Positions 37,119 through 46,272 of a stretch of DNA of 64,000 bases are shown piece after piece (position 1 is the first letter of the stretch; every line of letters starts with the position of its first letter). Below the pieces are notes generated by a model. The model made no database searches. It saw only the letters and a program-made list of their open reading frames with translations, and was not told the DNA's origin. The stretch is taken from the NCBI GenBank assembly GCA_963750945.1, contig CAVVSH010000004.1, positions 547,678 through 611,677 on the forward strand, given 5' to 3'. The stretch is from an uncultured Actinomycetota bacterium. GTDB taxonomy: Bacteria; Actinomycetota; UBA4738; HRBIN12. Made by a program: the position numbers and the translations under genes.

Positions 37119-37155
37119 AGATGTCGAAACCCAGGAGAACGGAGAGTGGGACCAG

Positions 37156-37422
37156 ATGTTGATCCTTGCGATGATCGTCTTAGGGATGGCAGCCGGCTGG
37201 GTCGCGCAACTGCTCCTCCGCGGACGCGGGCGCCAGGTCGACTGGCCGCTCGCGTTCGGGACGGGCATCGCCGGCTCATTCGTCGGGGGGCTCGTGCTGA
37301 GCCTTGGCGCGGGCGACGGTCTCGCGATCCGCCCGAGCGGGATCATCGGGTCCATCCTCGGTGCGGTCATCGTGCTCGCTCTCGTCCAGGGTCTCCGCAA
37401 GGGTGGAGCCTCCTCGAGGTAG
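37156..37422 (+). CDS. GlsB/YeaQ/YmgE-family (transglycosylase-associated) small membrane protein
   Basis: 88 aa with Gly-rich TM helices (GWVAQLLL...GIAGSFVGG...GSILGAVIVLAL). Confidence 0.75.
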   Translation: MLILAMIVLGMAAGWVAQLLLRGRGRQVDWPLAFGTGIAGSFVGGLVLSLGAGDGLAIRPSGIIGSILGAVIVLALVQGLRKGGASSR

Positions 37423-37428
37423 CGGACG

Positions 37429-38403
37429 ATGCCAGGCGAGCCTCCTGCGCCGGACCCGCAGGATCCGCTCGACCCGTCGGTGCCGGAGGTCGATGAGTCT
37501 CCCAAGAGGCCGACCCTCCGCGAACGCGCGGACGTGATCTCGGAACGAGCGGACACCGCCAAGCGAGCCGTCGGGGCTCGAGCCGAGGTCCTGCGAGAGC
37601 GCCACTCGAGCGTGCGACTGGCGTATGAGGCGTACGAACGCGACCGGAGGCAGGCCGGGGCATTGCTCGCGGGCGGGATCGCGTACCGGCTGTTCCTGTG
37701 GCTGTTGCCGACAGCGCTGTTCGCGGTCGGGCTCGTGGGTCTCCTCGCCGATGTCACTTCCAAGGCTCCGGAGCGTGTGGCGCAGGACGCGGGCTTCGGC
37801 GCGGCGCTCGCTCAGACCGTTGCCCAAGCGACGGCACGGTCCGGGAAGGGGGCGTTTTCCCTCGTGCTCCTCGGTGGGGTCCTCGCGCTGTGGGCCGGTC
37901 GAGCCGCCGTGAAGGCGTTGAGCCTCACGGCTTCGGTCGCCTGGGGGATGCGGCCCGTCCCGCTCACCCGGGGCCTCATGAAGTCTCTGACCTTCTCGGG
38001 AGTTTGCATCGGGCTGATGCTTCTCCCCGGACTCCTCAGCCTGCTCCATCGGGGCCCCATCGGCGTCGACCTGCTGCTCGAGCTGGTCACCCTGGCAGGG
38101 ATGGTCGCCTTGAGTGTCTGGGTGCAGTGGATCTTCCCGCATGCGGAGGGTGCCCCTTGGACCGCGTTCCTGCCAGGTGCGATCGTGCTCGCCGTCGGGG
38201 CCGATCTGCTGCGACTCGTCACCCAGGTGTACTTCGCGGGTCGGCTCGGCCGCGTGGACGATCTCTACGGAGCGCTCGGCGTGGCTGCGGTATTCATGGC
38301 TTGGCTCTACCTCATCGCACGTCTGGTCGTCGCCTCGTTCGCCGTGAGCGCCACGAGATGGCGTTCTGCGGAGACCGAAGCGGCGGACGCCGAGGCCGGC
38401 TAG
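37429..38403 (+). CDS. YihY/BrkB-family membrane protein
   Basis: 324 aa, with a cytoplasmic N-terminus then 6 TM helices, AYRLFLWLLPTALF and a C-terminal ...GALGVAAVFMAWLYL pattern. Confidence 0.7.
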   Translation: MPGEPPAPDPQDPLDPSVPEVDESPKRPTLRERADVISERADTAKRAVGARAEVLRERHSSVRLAYEAYERDRRQAGALLAGGIAYRLFLWLLPTALFAVGLVGLLADVTSKAPERVAQDAGFGAALAQTVAQATARSGKGAFSLVLLGGVLALWAGRAAVKALSLTASVAWGMRPVPLTRGLMKSLTFSGVCIGLMLLPGLLSLLHRGPIGVDLLLELVTLAGMVALSVWVQWIFPHAEGAPWTAFLPGAIVLAVGADLLRLVTQVYFAGRLGRVDDLYGALGVAAVFMAWLYLIARLVVASFAVSATRWRSAETEAADAEAG

Positions 38404-38514
38404 CTCGGCCGTCGGGCGAGGGAGCCGGAACCGTGGCAAGATGCACCCGCCGACCGGGTCTCCCCACGGACGGAGCGGGAGTGCCGTGCAGGGTTCATCG
38501 ACACGGAAGGGGAA

Positions 38515-38869
38515 GTGATGGAACCGAAGAAGAGCGGTTGGGCCGTCGGTTTCGCGAGTGTTCGCGGCAGTCATGTTGCTGATCGCCGGCTCGTTTCAGG
38601 TCCTGGCCGGGTTGGCGGGGATCTTCGAGAACGAGTTCTACGTCACGACGTCGAACTACTTCCTGGAGTTCGACGTCTCGGCATGGGGATGGTTCCACCT
38701 GATCTGGGGTGTCCTCGTGCTCATCGCTGGGTTCGGGCTCCTGCAGGGCTCGCTGTGGGGTCGAACGCTCGGCGTGATCGGCGCGGCGGTGAGCGCGCTC
38801 ATCAACTTCGCGTTCATCCCCTACTACCCGTTCTGGTCCATCCTGATCATCGCCGTCGACGTGGCGTGA
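38515..38869 (+). pseudogene. Paralog B of the 35262..35693 small membrane protein, apparently frameshifted at about 38556
   Basis: A strong SD (GGAAGGGGAAG) precedes the frame-1 GTG-ATG, giving MMEPKKSGWAVGFAS.... The conserved body (VFAAVMLLIAGSFQVLAGL...WGWFHLIWGV...) is in frame 2 from GTG 38558, which has no SD. Confidence 0.6.
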
Positions 38870-39018
38870 TCTGGGCATTGACCGCACACGGGCAGGACAT
38901 CGCGTCGGAGTAGCCGTCCACAGGGTGGTCACCGGTGCGATCGAACACGGGTTTGCGTGGGTGACGGGTTCCGTGGTTCGATGCCGCGCCGTTCGGACGA
39001 TGACGAGAGGGGAATCTG

Positions 39019-39384
39019 TTGAACCTTGGTGAGTGGTTGTGGGCGATGGCCGCGTTCTTCTTCTGGTTCATGGCCATCTGGATCTTCATCCAGATCTTCG
39101 CGGATGTGTTCCATCGGCGTGATCTCTCGGGGGCCGCGAAGACGGGCTGGATCGTGCTGCTCTTCGTGCTGCCCTTCCTGGGCGCCCTGATCTACATGAT
39201 CGCGCGGCCGAAGATGACCGAGCAGGACCGCGAGGACATCGCGAGGGTGCAGGAAGCGCAGCGCCGCCTGTCCGGCTACTCGCCGGCCGAGGAGCTCGAG
39301 AAGCTCGCGAAGCTCCGGGACGCCGGCGAGCTCTCGGCAGAGGAGTACGAGCGGCTCAAGGCGCGTGCCCTGGTCGAGCTCTGA
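39019..39384 (+). CDS. PLDc_N + SHOCT domain membrane protein
   Basis: TTG start with a GAGAGGGGA SD; an N-terminal PLD-N-like TM pair; and a C-terminal SHOCT helix (LEKLAKLRDAGELSAEEYERLKARAL). Confidence 0.7.
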   Translation: MNLGEWLWAMAAFFFWFMAIWIFIQIFADVFHRRDLSGAAKTGWIVLLFVLPFLGALIYMIARPKMTEQDREDIARVQEAQRRLSGYSPAEELEKLAKLRDAGELSAEEYERLKARALVEL

Positions 39385-39392
39385 CCACCCGA

Positions 39393-39488
39393 AGACTGAC
39401 GCGGAACGCTCGAACGCAGCGTGAGGATCCTCAACCGATCCGAGCGCTGCGTTCCGGCGCCCGCTCCGAGATGACCGACCGTCAGTCT
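39393..39488 (+). other. Nested inverted-repeat element (outer 9-bp stem AGACTGACG/CGTCAGTCT around an inner 10-bp stem GAACGCAGCG/CGCTGCGTTC)
   Basis: Lies 8 nt after the PLDc_N-SHOCT stop in a 185-bp intergenic region. Confidence 0.5.
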
Positions 39489-39569
39489 CCGCCCGACAAC
39501 GCATCAACGCCTCGCTGACGGCGATCCCGGGTCAGGCTCCCTCGCGAGCGCTGCTACGGTCCCGCGGAG

Positions 39570-40052
39570 ATGGAAGAGGAACGCCTCCGCCGCGAGCGGT
39601 TCGCAGCCGGCGCGATCTACGGCACCGTGGTCTCACTCACGATCCTCGTGCTCCTCGCGGAGGATCGGACCGACCCTGAGGACGCCGCGGCGATCCTGGT
39701 GGGCACGGCCGTCGTGTTCTGGCTCGCTCACGTCTACGCCCACCTCGTCCCCCGCATCGCGGAGCAGGGTCGCTTGCGCACCGGTCGGTTCTCGGAAACG
39801 GCCGGAGACCAGATCGGGATCCTCGCGGCGGTGGTGATCCCCTTGGTTCCTCTCATCCTCGCGATGCTGAACGTGCTGGAGGACCAAGCTGGACTGCAGG
39901 CGGCGATCGGGGCCGGCGTCCTATCGCTCGCGGCCTTCGCCGTCCGGGAAGCACGGGTGGCGGGCGTCGGCTGGGGCCGTTCCTTCTGGGTGGCGGGCGT
40001 CCTGCTCGCGGTGGGTGCGGGGCTCCTCTGGCTCGAGATCTCTTTGCACTGA
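39570..40052 (+). CDS. Hypothetical membrane protein (4 TM)
   Basis: 160 aa with hydrophobic segments and a coherent composition. Confidence 0.5.
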   Translation: MEEERLRRERFAAGAIYGTVVSLTILVLLAEDRTDPEDAAAILVGTAVVFWLAHVYAHLVPRIAEQGRLRTGRFSETAGDQIGILAAVVIPLVPLILAMLNVLEDQAGLQAAIGAGVLSLAAFAVREARVAGVGWGRSFWVAGVLLAVGAGLLWLEISLH

Positions 40053-40103
40053 CCGGGGTGCCCGGGGTCTCGTCGTTCTGTTGCGGCCGGCCTGGACCGA
40101 TCC

Positions 40104-40841
40104 TTATCCACCCTGCTCGACCGTGGCGATCAGGAAGGCGAGCGCGAACCCCACCGTCGTCGCGAGGCCGGCGACCGCGCCGCCGTGTTCGAACGCCTCG
40201 GGCATCATCGTGTCCGCCAGCATCGTGAGGATCGCTCCGGCCGCGAACCCCTGCACGATCGCGATCGTGGCTGAGGGAGCATCACCGAGGACTGCGAACC
40301 CGAGCATCGACGAGAGTCCGCTCACGACCACCACCACGAGCCAGATCAGCATGATCCGCGAGACCGGACGACCAGCTTTCACGAAGCCTGACGTCGACGC
40401 CATCGCTTCTGGCAGGTTCGAGAGGAAGACAGCGACCAGGACGGCGATGCTCACTCCTTCACCGTCGAGGAGCGTCAGTCCCAGCACCACGGACTCTGGG
40501 ATGCCGTCCAGGATCGTACCCAGGACGATCGCCATGGCCGATGACGATGAGTCCTGACCTTCGATCGATTTCCGTCCCGAGCCGCCCTTGCGATCGATCA
40601 AGAGGTCGCCGATGAAGAACGCCGCGGCACCCGCGAACAACCCGATGACGATGCTCCCGCCGCCGGCGAACTCGAGAGCATCGGCGACGAGGTCGTATGC
40701 GACCGCGCTGATCAACACGCCGGCACCGAATGCCATGACGAGCCCCAAGGTTCGCTCCCGAACCTGGTGGACGATCGCGATCGCAGCCCCGATGAGGAGC
40801 GACGAACTCGCCGCGAGGCCGACGACCAGGGCTTCGATCAT
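40104..40841 (-). CDS. ZIP-family divalent metal (Zn/Fe) transporter (ZupT-like)
   Basis: Internal start MIEALVVGLAASSS...; a His/Asp-containing TM with GIPESVVLG and HEGxxxG-like motifs. The N-terminal extension of the raw ORF is spurious. Confidence 0.7.
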   Translation of the reverse strand: MIEALVVGLAASSSLLIGAAIAIVHQVRERTLGLVMAFGAGVLISAVAYDLVADALEFAGGGSIVIGLFAGAAAFFIGDLLIDRKGGSGRKSIEGQDSSSSAMAIVLGTILDGIPESVVLGLTLLDGEGVSIAVLVAVFLSNLPEAMASTSGFVKAGRPVSRIMLIWLVVVVVSGLSSMLGFAVLGDAPSATIAIVQGFAAGAILTMLADTMMPEAFEHGGAVAGLATTVGFALAFLIATVEQGG

Positions 40842-40987
40842 CTGCTCGGAGCCTAGGACCGCTGCCGATCGCGGGCAACGACCGAGCTCGCGGCAGACTT
40901 CATCCCAAGTGGGTGATGGCTTGTCGGCGGCACGGTGGGAGGGTTCCCTGCAACGGTGGGAGGGTCCCGTCAAGGGGAGGCGATCCG

Positions 40988-42526
40988 ATGGCAGACAAGC
41001 CGAACATCCTCGTCATCTGGGGAGACGACATCGGCATCAGCAACCTCAGCTGCTACAGCGACGGTTTGATGGGGTACCGGACGCCCAACATCGACCGGAT
41101 CGCCGACGAGGGGATGCGCTTCACCGACTCCTACGGCGAGCAGAGCTGCACTGCCGGGCGGTCGTCGTTCCTCACGGGCCAGAGCGTCTACCGGACCGGC
41201 CTCAGCAAGGTCGGGGTGCCGGGGTCTGAGGTCGGCTTGCAGGCAGAGGATCCGACGATCGCAGAGCTCTTGAAGCCGCTCGGCTACGCGACGGGGCAGT
41301 TCGGCAAGAACCACCTCGGCGACCTGAACAAGTTCCTCCCCACCGTGCATGGGTTCGACGAGTTCTTCGGCAACCTCTACCACCTGAATGCGGAGGAGGA
41401 GCCAGAGCTCCCGGACTATCCGCCTGCCGAGGATTTCCCGCACTTCCGCGAGCGCTTCGGGCCTCGAGGCGTGATGCACTCGTGGGCGACCGACGACGAC
41501 GACGCAACGGAGGAACCGCGCTGGGGCAAGGTCGGCAGGCAGCGGATCGAGGACACCGGCCCGCTGACCAAGAAGCGGATGGAGACGATCGACGACGAGG
41601 TGCTCGAGCACACGGTCGACTTCATCGAACGCCAGCACGCGGCCGAGACGCCGTTCTTCATCTGGTTCAACACCACCCACATGCATCTCCGGACGCATCC
41701 GAAGCCTGAGAGCGTCGGCCAGGCCGGGCGGTGGCAGTCGCCCTACCACGACACGATGATCGACCACGACAAGGCAGTCGGTGCCCTGCTCGACAAGCTG
41801 GACGAGTTGGGGATCGCGGAGGACACGATCGTCATCTACTCGACCGACAACGGACCGCACATGAACACGTGGCCCGATGCCGGGATGACGCCGTTCCGGA
41901 GCGAGAAGAACACGAACTGGGAAGGTGCCTTCCGCATCCCGGAGCTCATCCGGTGGCCGGGCAAGATCCCCGCCGGCACGGTCTCGAACGAGATCATCCA
42001 ACACCACGACTGGCTGCCGACCTTCCTCGCCGCCGCGGGCGAGGCGGACATCGTCGAGAAGCTGAAGGCCGGCCACGTAGCCGGCGACAAGTCGTTCAAG
42101 GTGCACATCGACGGCTTCAACCTGGTGCCGTACCTGACCGGCGAGGTGGACAAGAGCCCCAGGCAGGGGTTCGTCTACTTCTCCGACGACGGCGACGTGC
42201 TGGCGCTTCGCTTCGACAACTGGAAGGTCGTCTTCATGGAGCAGCGAGTGCACGGGACGATGCAGATCTGGGCCGAGCCGTTCGTAATCTTGCGTGTCCC
42301 GAAGCTGTTCAACCTCCGCACCGACCCATTCGAGCGGGCGGACGTCACCTCGAACACCTACTGGGACTGGGTCATCGACAATGTCTACCTGGTGCTGGCG
42401 GGGACGGCGGTGATGACCGAGTTCCTCGCCACGTTCGTGGAGTTCCCACCGCGGCAGAAGGCGGCGAGCTTCACGATCGACCAGGCGGTCGCGAAACTCG
42501 AGGCCGTGCTCACGTCAGGTCGCTAG
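40988..42526 (+). CDS. Arylsulfatase (type I sulfatase), cytoplasmic, with a non-canonical C-T-A-G-R formylglycine motif
   Basis: MADKPNILVIWGDDIG...SCTAGRSSFLTGQ...GKNHLGD sulfatase signatures. A GGGAGG SD is present and no signal peptide is seen. Confidence 0.85.
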   Translation: MADKPNILVIWGDDIGISNLSCYSDGLMGYRTPNIDRIADEGMRFTDSYGEQSCTAGRSSFLTGQSVYRTGLSKVGVPGSEVGLQAEDPTIAELLKPLGYATGQFGKNHLGDLNKFLPTVHGFDEFFGNLYHLNAEEEPELPDYPPAEDFPHFRERFGPRGVMHSWATDDDDATEEPRWGKVGRQRIEDTGPLTKKRMETIDDEVLEHTVDFIERQHAAETPFFIWFNTTHMHLRTHPKPESVGQAGRWQSPYHDTMIDHDKAVGALLDKLDELGIAEDTIVIYSTDNGPHMNTWPDAGMTPFRSEKNTNWEGAFRIPELIRWPGKIPAGTVSNEIIQHHDWLPTFLAAAGEADIVEKLKAGHVAGDKSFKVHIDGFNLVPYLTGEVDKSPRQGFVYFSDDGDVLALRFDNWKVVFMEQRVHGTMQIWAEPFVILRVPKLFNLRTDPFERADVTSNTYWDWVIDNVYLVLAGTAVMTEFLATFVEFPPRQKAASFTIDQAVAKLEAVLTSGR

Positions 42527-42724
42527 ACAGACGGCTATCGTCGGAGGACGTCCAGGAGTCGGACGACGTCCAGGAGAAGGAAGACGAAGGCTCGATGACG
42601 GAACCGGTCAGCGTGTCCGGTCGGCCTCAGGTTACCCAGCCAGCTGCGGGCGGCTCAGGGGCGGATCCGCAGACGGCTCCGCCGGCCAAGGAGATGCGAT
42701 GGATCTCCGGGTGGCACGTTCCGG

Positions 42725-43615
42725 ATGGGGTCCAACGACTTCTACCCGGAGGAACGTCCGGTTCGTGACGTCGCCGTCGACGGATTCTGGATCGACGAGC
42801 ACACGGTGACGGTCGCGGAGTTCCGGCGATTCGTGAAGGACACGGGCTACGTGACCCTCGCCGAGCGACCCCTCGACGCCGCGCAGTATCCGGATGCCGA
42901 CCCCGACGTTCTGACGCCCGGCGCGCTGGTCTTCCGGAAGGCGACCGCGCCGGTCGATCTGCGCGACTACCACAACTGGTGGGAGTACGTGCCGGGTGCC
43001 TCGTGGACGCATCCGGAGGGTCCGGGCAGCACCCTGCACGGGCGGGATCGACACCCAGTGACGCAGGTCGCGTACGAGGATGCCGAGGCGTACGCGGCGT
43101 GGGCAGGCAAGGAGCTGCCGACCGAAGCCGAGTGGGAGTTCGCGGCTCGGGGCGGGCTCGAAGGGAAGACGTTCGTGTGGGGGGATGAGTTCGCCCCGAA
43201 GAACAAGATGATGGCCAATACGTGGCAGGGAGAGTTCCCATGGCAGAACCTCCTGCTCGACAAGTACGAGGGGACGTCGCCGGTCGGGACCTTTCCCCCC
43301 AATGGCTACGGCCTTGTCGACATGGCCGGCAACGTGTGGGAATGGACGAGCGACTTCTATTCGACGCACCCGGACGAGGTGGAGTCGCCATGTTGCGCGC
43401 CGCGGAACCCGAGGGTGACGTCGCCCGACGAGAGCTACGGGTCCGACGAGGCGGGTGCGCACATCCCGCGCCGCGTGACCAAGGGTGGATCGCACCTGTG
43501 CGCTCCGAACTACTGCTTGCGCTACCGGCCGGCCGCTCGTCAGGGAGAGGCGGTGGACACCTCCACGGGCCACATCGGCTTCCGCTGCGTGATCCGCGTG
43601 CCCGCGAAGACCTAG
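42725..43615 (+). CDS. Formylglycine-generating enzyme (FGE/SUMF1 family); the N-terminus is probably frameshifted (upstream M-R-W-I-S-G in frame 1 from 42694)
   Basis: MGSNDFYPEERP...TGYVT...WEWT...RGGS FGE blocks. Frame 1 immediately upstream encodes MRWISGWHVP, matching the FGE N-terminal consensus M-V-W-I-P-G-G, with an AAGGAG SD. Confidence 0.8.
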   Translation: MGSNDFYPEERPVRDVAVDGFWIDEHTVTVAEFRRFVKDTGYVTLAERPLDAAQYPDADPDVLTPGALVFRKATAPVDLRDYHNWWEYVPGASWTHPEGPGSTLHGRDRHPVTQVAYEDAEAYAAWAGKELPTEAEWEFAARGGLEGKTFVWGDEFAPKNKMMANTWQGEFPWQNLLLDKYEGTSPVGTFPPNGYGLVDMAGNVWEWTSDFYSTHPDEVESPCCAPRNPRVTSPDESYGSDEAGAHIPRRVTKGGSHLCAPNYCLRYRPAARQGEAVDTSTGHIGFRCVIRVPAKT

Positions 43616-45258
43616 GTCAGACCCGCCCGCACCGAATCGACGAGCATCCCGGCCAGTACGAGCACGCCCGTCCCGACGGCGGCGGTGAGCGCGGCTCGAC
43701 GTGGGCTCCATCGCTGGATCGAGACCGGGTCGCGCGCGGGCGCGAGTTCCTTGAACCGATCGATCAGAGGACGCCCGTCGGCCTTCAGCTTCGCCGCCAA
43801 CTCCGTCGGGATCGCGAGCCCCACCGCGCTGGCGAACCCTTCCGCGATCTCATCGGGGGTGAAGACCGACGTCGCTCGCGCGTACACGCGGTCCGCGTCG
43901 GTGCGCAACGCCAGGCAGAGCATCATGTTCGCCAGGTCGACGGCTTGTCGCCACGGCGACGGCCGCACCTCCAGTGCCGAGACATCCACGAGCTGCAGGC
44001 GGCCCCCGACCACCAGGAGGTTCGCAGGTTTCAGATCGCGGTGGGCGAATCCCGCGTCCCAAAGATGCCGAACGAGGTCGAGGCCTCCGTCGATCACGGT
44101 GTCGTCCACGTCCGAGTCGCTGAGGTTCCGGCCTCCCTCGAAGAACTCCGTGACGAGCATGTACTCGCGGTTCGGGGTCAGCTCGACGACGCCGTAGGTT
44201 CGCGCGACGCCGACGCCTGCGTCACGGAGCGAGCGGAGCGCATAGTCCTCGTAGGTCACGAGGCGCCGCACCGAGCCCATCGGCGTCTCGTCCTCCAGCT
44301 GACCGTAGAGGACCTCCCGGATCACGCGATACCAGCGGTCGGCGCGTGCGTGGCTGGTGGAGTACACCTTCGCGAATACGCGGGTGCCGTCGTCCAGGGT
44401 CATCCGCAGCGGGGAGGATCCGCCCGAGCCCTCCAGGCCGAACGGCTCGACGTTCGTCACGGTCAGCCCGAGCTGGTCTCGCATCGCCCGGACGATCGCC
44501 TCCCCGCGTTCGCCGCCGAGATCGAGATGCGCGGCGTTCCCCCCACGCTGAAGCGTCACCGGGAAGACATCCTCGGGCACGAACGTTCGGAAGGCCGCCC
44601 CGGCGAGGACGATCGCGAACACCCACGAGAAACCCATCGGGATCACGTAGTCGGTCGCCAGGATCAGCTCGGCCAGAACGACCACGAGGAGCGTCCCGTG
44701 CACGACCGACGCGGCGATCCGCCGGGCGGCTCCGCGTGGGACGAGCACGAGTGTGATACCGATCAGCGTGATCGCGAGCGCCGCGATCGACAGGGAAGGG
44801 AACGCGTACGTTCCGGCGTCGGCGAGCACCGTCACATCGGGGGGCTCCAGCGCCACGTGGAGCGCCCGAGCGACTACCCAGTCCGTGACCACGAACGTCG
44901 CGAGGAACACGACGAGATGCCGGAAGCGCCCGAGGACCGCGAGCGCGACGACCGTTCCCCACCGCAGGACCATGATCAACGGGACGGCGGTGAGGAGGTC
45001 CACGGCCTTCGCGACGTCGACGAGGGCAGGCGTCCGCAGATCGACCGCGGCGTCGCCGACGGCCCGGTCGATGCCGGCCAGGGCACCCGTCGCCTCGCCG
45101 ATCGCGAGCAGGACGCCGAGCAGAGCGACGCCGAGGAGCCCCCACGCCCACCGCTGCCAGCCCGCCCCGCGCACGAGCGGCGGTGGCTCGCCGGAGGGGC
45201 GACGGCGGCGACCGGCCTTCTGGGCAGCTCCCGAGAGCGTGCCGTCCTCAGACATCAC
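43612..45258 (-). CDS. Membrane-anchored protein-kinase-like protein (Kdo/RIO/eukaryotic-like kinase fold)
   Basis: About 230 aa of N-terminal TM helices, then a kinase-like domain with a VFAKVY lysine, the HRDLKPANLLV catalytic loop and D-V-S (a DFG-like motif). Confidence 0.65.
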   Translation of the reverse strand: MMSEDGTLSGAAQKAGRRRRPSGEPPPLVRGAGWQRWAWGLLGVALLGVLLAIGEATGALAGIDRAVGDAAVDLRTPALVDVAKAVDLLTAVPLIMVLRWGTVVALAVLGRFRHLVVFLATFVVTDWVVARALHVALEPPDVTVLADAGTYAFPSLSIAALAITLIGITLVLVPRGAARRIAASVVHGTLLVVVLAELILATDYVIPMGFSWVFAIVLAGAAFRTFVPEDVFPVTLQRGGNAAHLDLGGERGEAIVRAMRDQLGLTVTNVEPFGLEGSGGSSPLRMTLDDGTRVFAKVYSTSHARADRWYRVIREVLYGQLEDETPMGSVRRLVTYEDYALRSLRDAGVGVARTYGVVELTPNREYMLVTEFFEGGRNLSDSDVDDTVIDGGLDLVRHLWDAGFAHRDLKPANLLVVGGRLQLVDVSALEVRPSPWRQAVDLANMMLCLALRTDADRVYARATSVFTPDEIAEGFASAVGLAIPTELAAKLKADGRPLIDRFKELAPARDPVSIQRWSPRRAALTAAVGTGVLVLAGMLVDSVRAGLT

Positions 45259-45853
45259 GGGGACGGTACTCCTGAGGCGGCACGAGCGCGGAGATCATCA
45301 TGCCGAGCCCGGCACCGCCGACTACATCGTGGGGGAGGTGGGCTCCGACGTACATCCGTCCCGATCCGGTGATCGCAGCGACCGTGAAGAGCAGAGGGCG
45401 CGCCCAACGAGGCACCGCTTCGCCGCCGACGAAAGCGAGGGTGGTCGCGACCGTCATGTGTCCCGAGACCCAACCGAGGTCGCCAGTGATCCCTTCGCGA
45501 ACGTGCACGTCTTCGAGCACGCCCTCGGGTCGCGCTCTTCCCGCCAGCGATTTGGCCGCCTTCGCGCCCAGCCAGGCAGCGGTGCCCGAGGCGAGGAGCG
45601 AAGCTGCCAGGCGCCGGCGGCCCGCCAGCAGCGCGACCGCGGAAACGGCGGGGACCGTCACGAACGTCCCGGCCTGCATGACGGCGCGGACGGGGATGCG
45701 AAGGCGGTCGCTGGCTCCGTTGACGCCCCGGAAGATCCGCTCTTCGTAGGCTGGGAGCCGCCCGCCTCGAGCTTCCGCCAGGCTTCCGAGGAACAGACCA
45801 CACCCTGCTCCGAATCGTAGGGTCCTACGCCAGGTCGCCCTCGTCTGCCCCAT
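45248..45853 (-). CDS. PAP2-family phosphatase
   Basis: PAP2 motifs (...K...R.  P, SGH..., SGRMYVGAHLPHDV); 201 aa. Overlaps the kinase-like gene by 11 nt. Confidence 0.75.
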   Translation of the reverse strand: MGQTRATWRRTLRFGAGCGLFLGSLAEARGGRLPAYEERIFRGVNGASDRLRIPVRAVMQAGTFVTVPAVSAVALLAGRRRLAASLLASGTAAWLGAKAAKSLAGRARPEGVLEDVHVREGITGDLGWVSGHMTVATTLAFVGGEAVPRWARPLLFTVAAITGSGRMYVGAHLPHDVVGGAGLGMMISALVPPQEYRPRDV

Positions 45854-45866
45854 CGCGAGGGCAACC

Positions 45867-46253
45867 CTAGGCGCTCGTGCCTGAGACCGGCTCGTCCTGG
45901 ATCCGTGGACGCTTCTCTCCTCGTCGCCAGGGAAGAGCGCCTTCGAGCTCGATCTCGAGGGAGAAGCTGAGGAATGTCCGGACCAGAACCACCAGTCCGA
46001 GCGTCAAGGCGCTCTCCAGGGTCGTGTCGACCGTGATCGTGAGCACGATGTCGGCGATGATCAGGACCTCGAGTCCCAGCAGGATCGCTCGGCCGATCGC
46101 CTGACGAACGTGTTCGAACGCTCCTTCGCGGCGTCCGCGCGCCAGCGCGACGACGTATCCCACAAGTGCGGCGACCGAGCCTGCAACGAGGATCGCCACC
46201 CCCACGATCTCGAAGCCGTGGACGACTGCCTCCATCCACTCTTCGAACGTCAT
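45867..46253 (-). CDS. DUF1622 membrane protein
   Basis: 128 aa; the conserved DUF1622 pattern MTFEEWMEAVVHGFEIVGV...LEVLIIADIV was recognised. Confidence 0.6.
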   Translation of the reverse strand: MTFEEWMEAVVHGFEIVGVAILVAGSVAALVGYVVALARGRREGAFEHVRQAIGRAILLGLEVLIIADIVLTITVDTTLESALTLGLVVLVRTFLSFSLEIELEGALPWRRGEKRPRIQDEPVSGTSA

Positions 46254-46272
46254 GCTCCGCCCTCCTCCAGAA

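Noticed and set aside
35694-37763. N-terminal 690 aa of the 833-aa raw ORF 35262..37763 (-)
   Set aside because: Only the last 143 aa (from MAERTG, with a strong SD) look like protein. The rest is Arg/Ser/Pro-rich antisense of the real plus-strand membrane gene 35808..37118.
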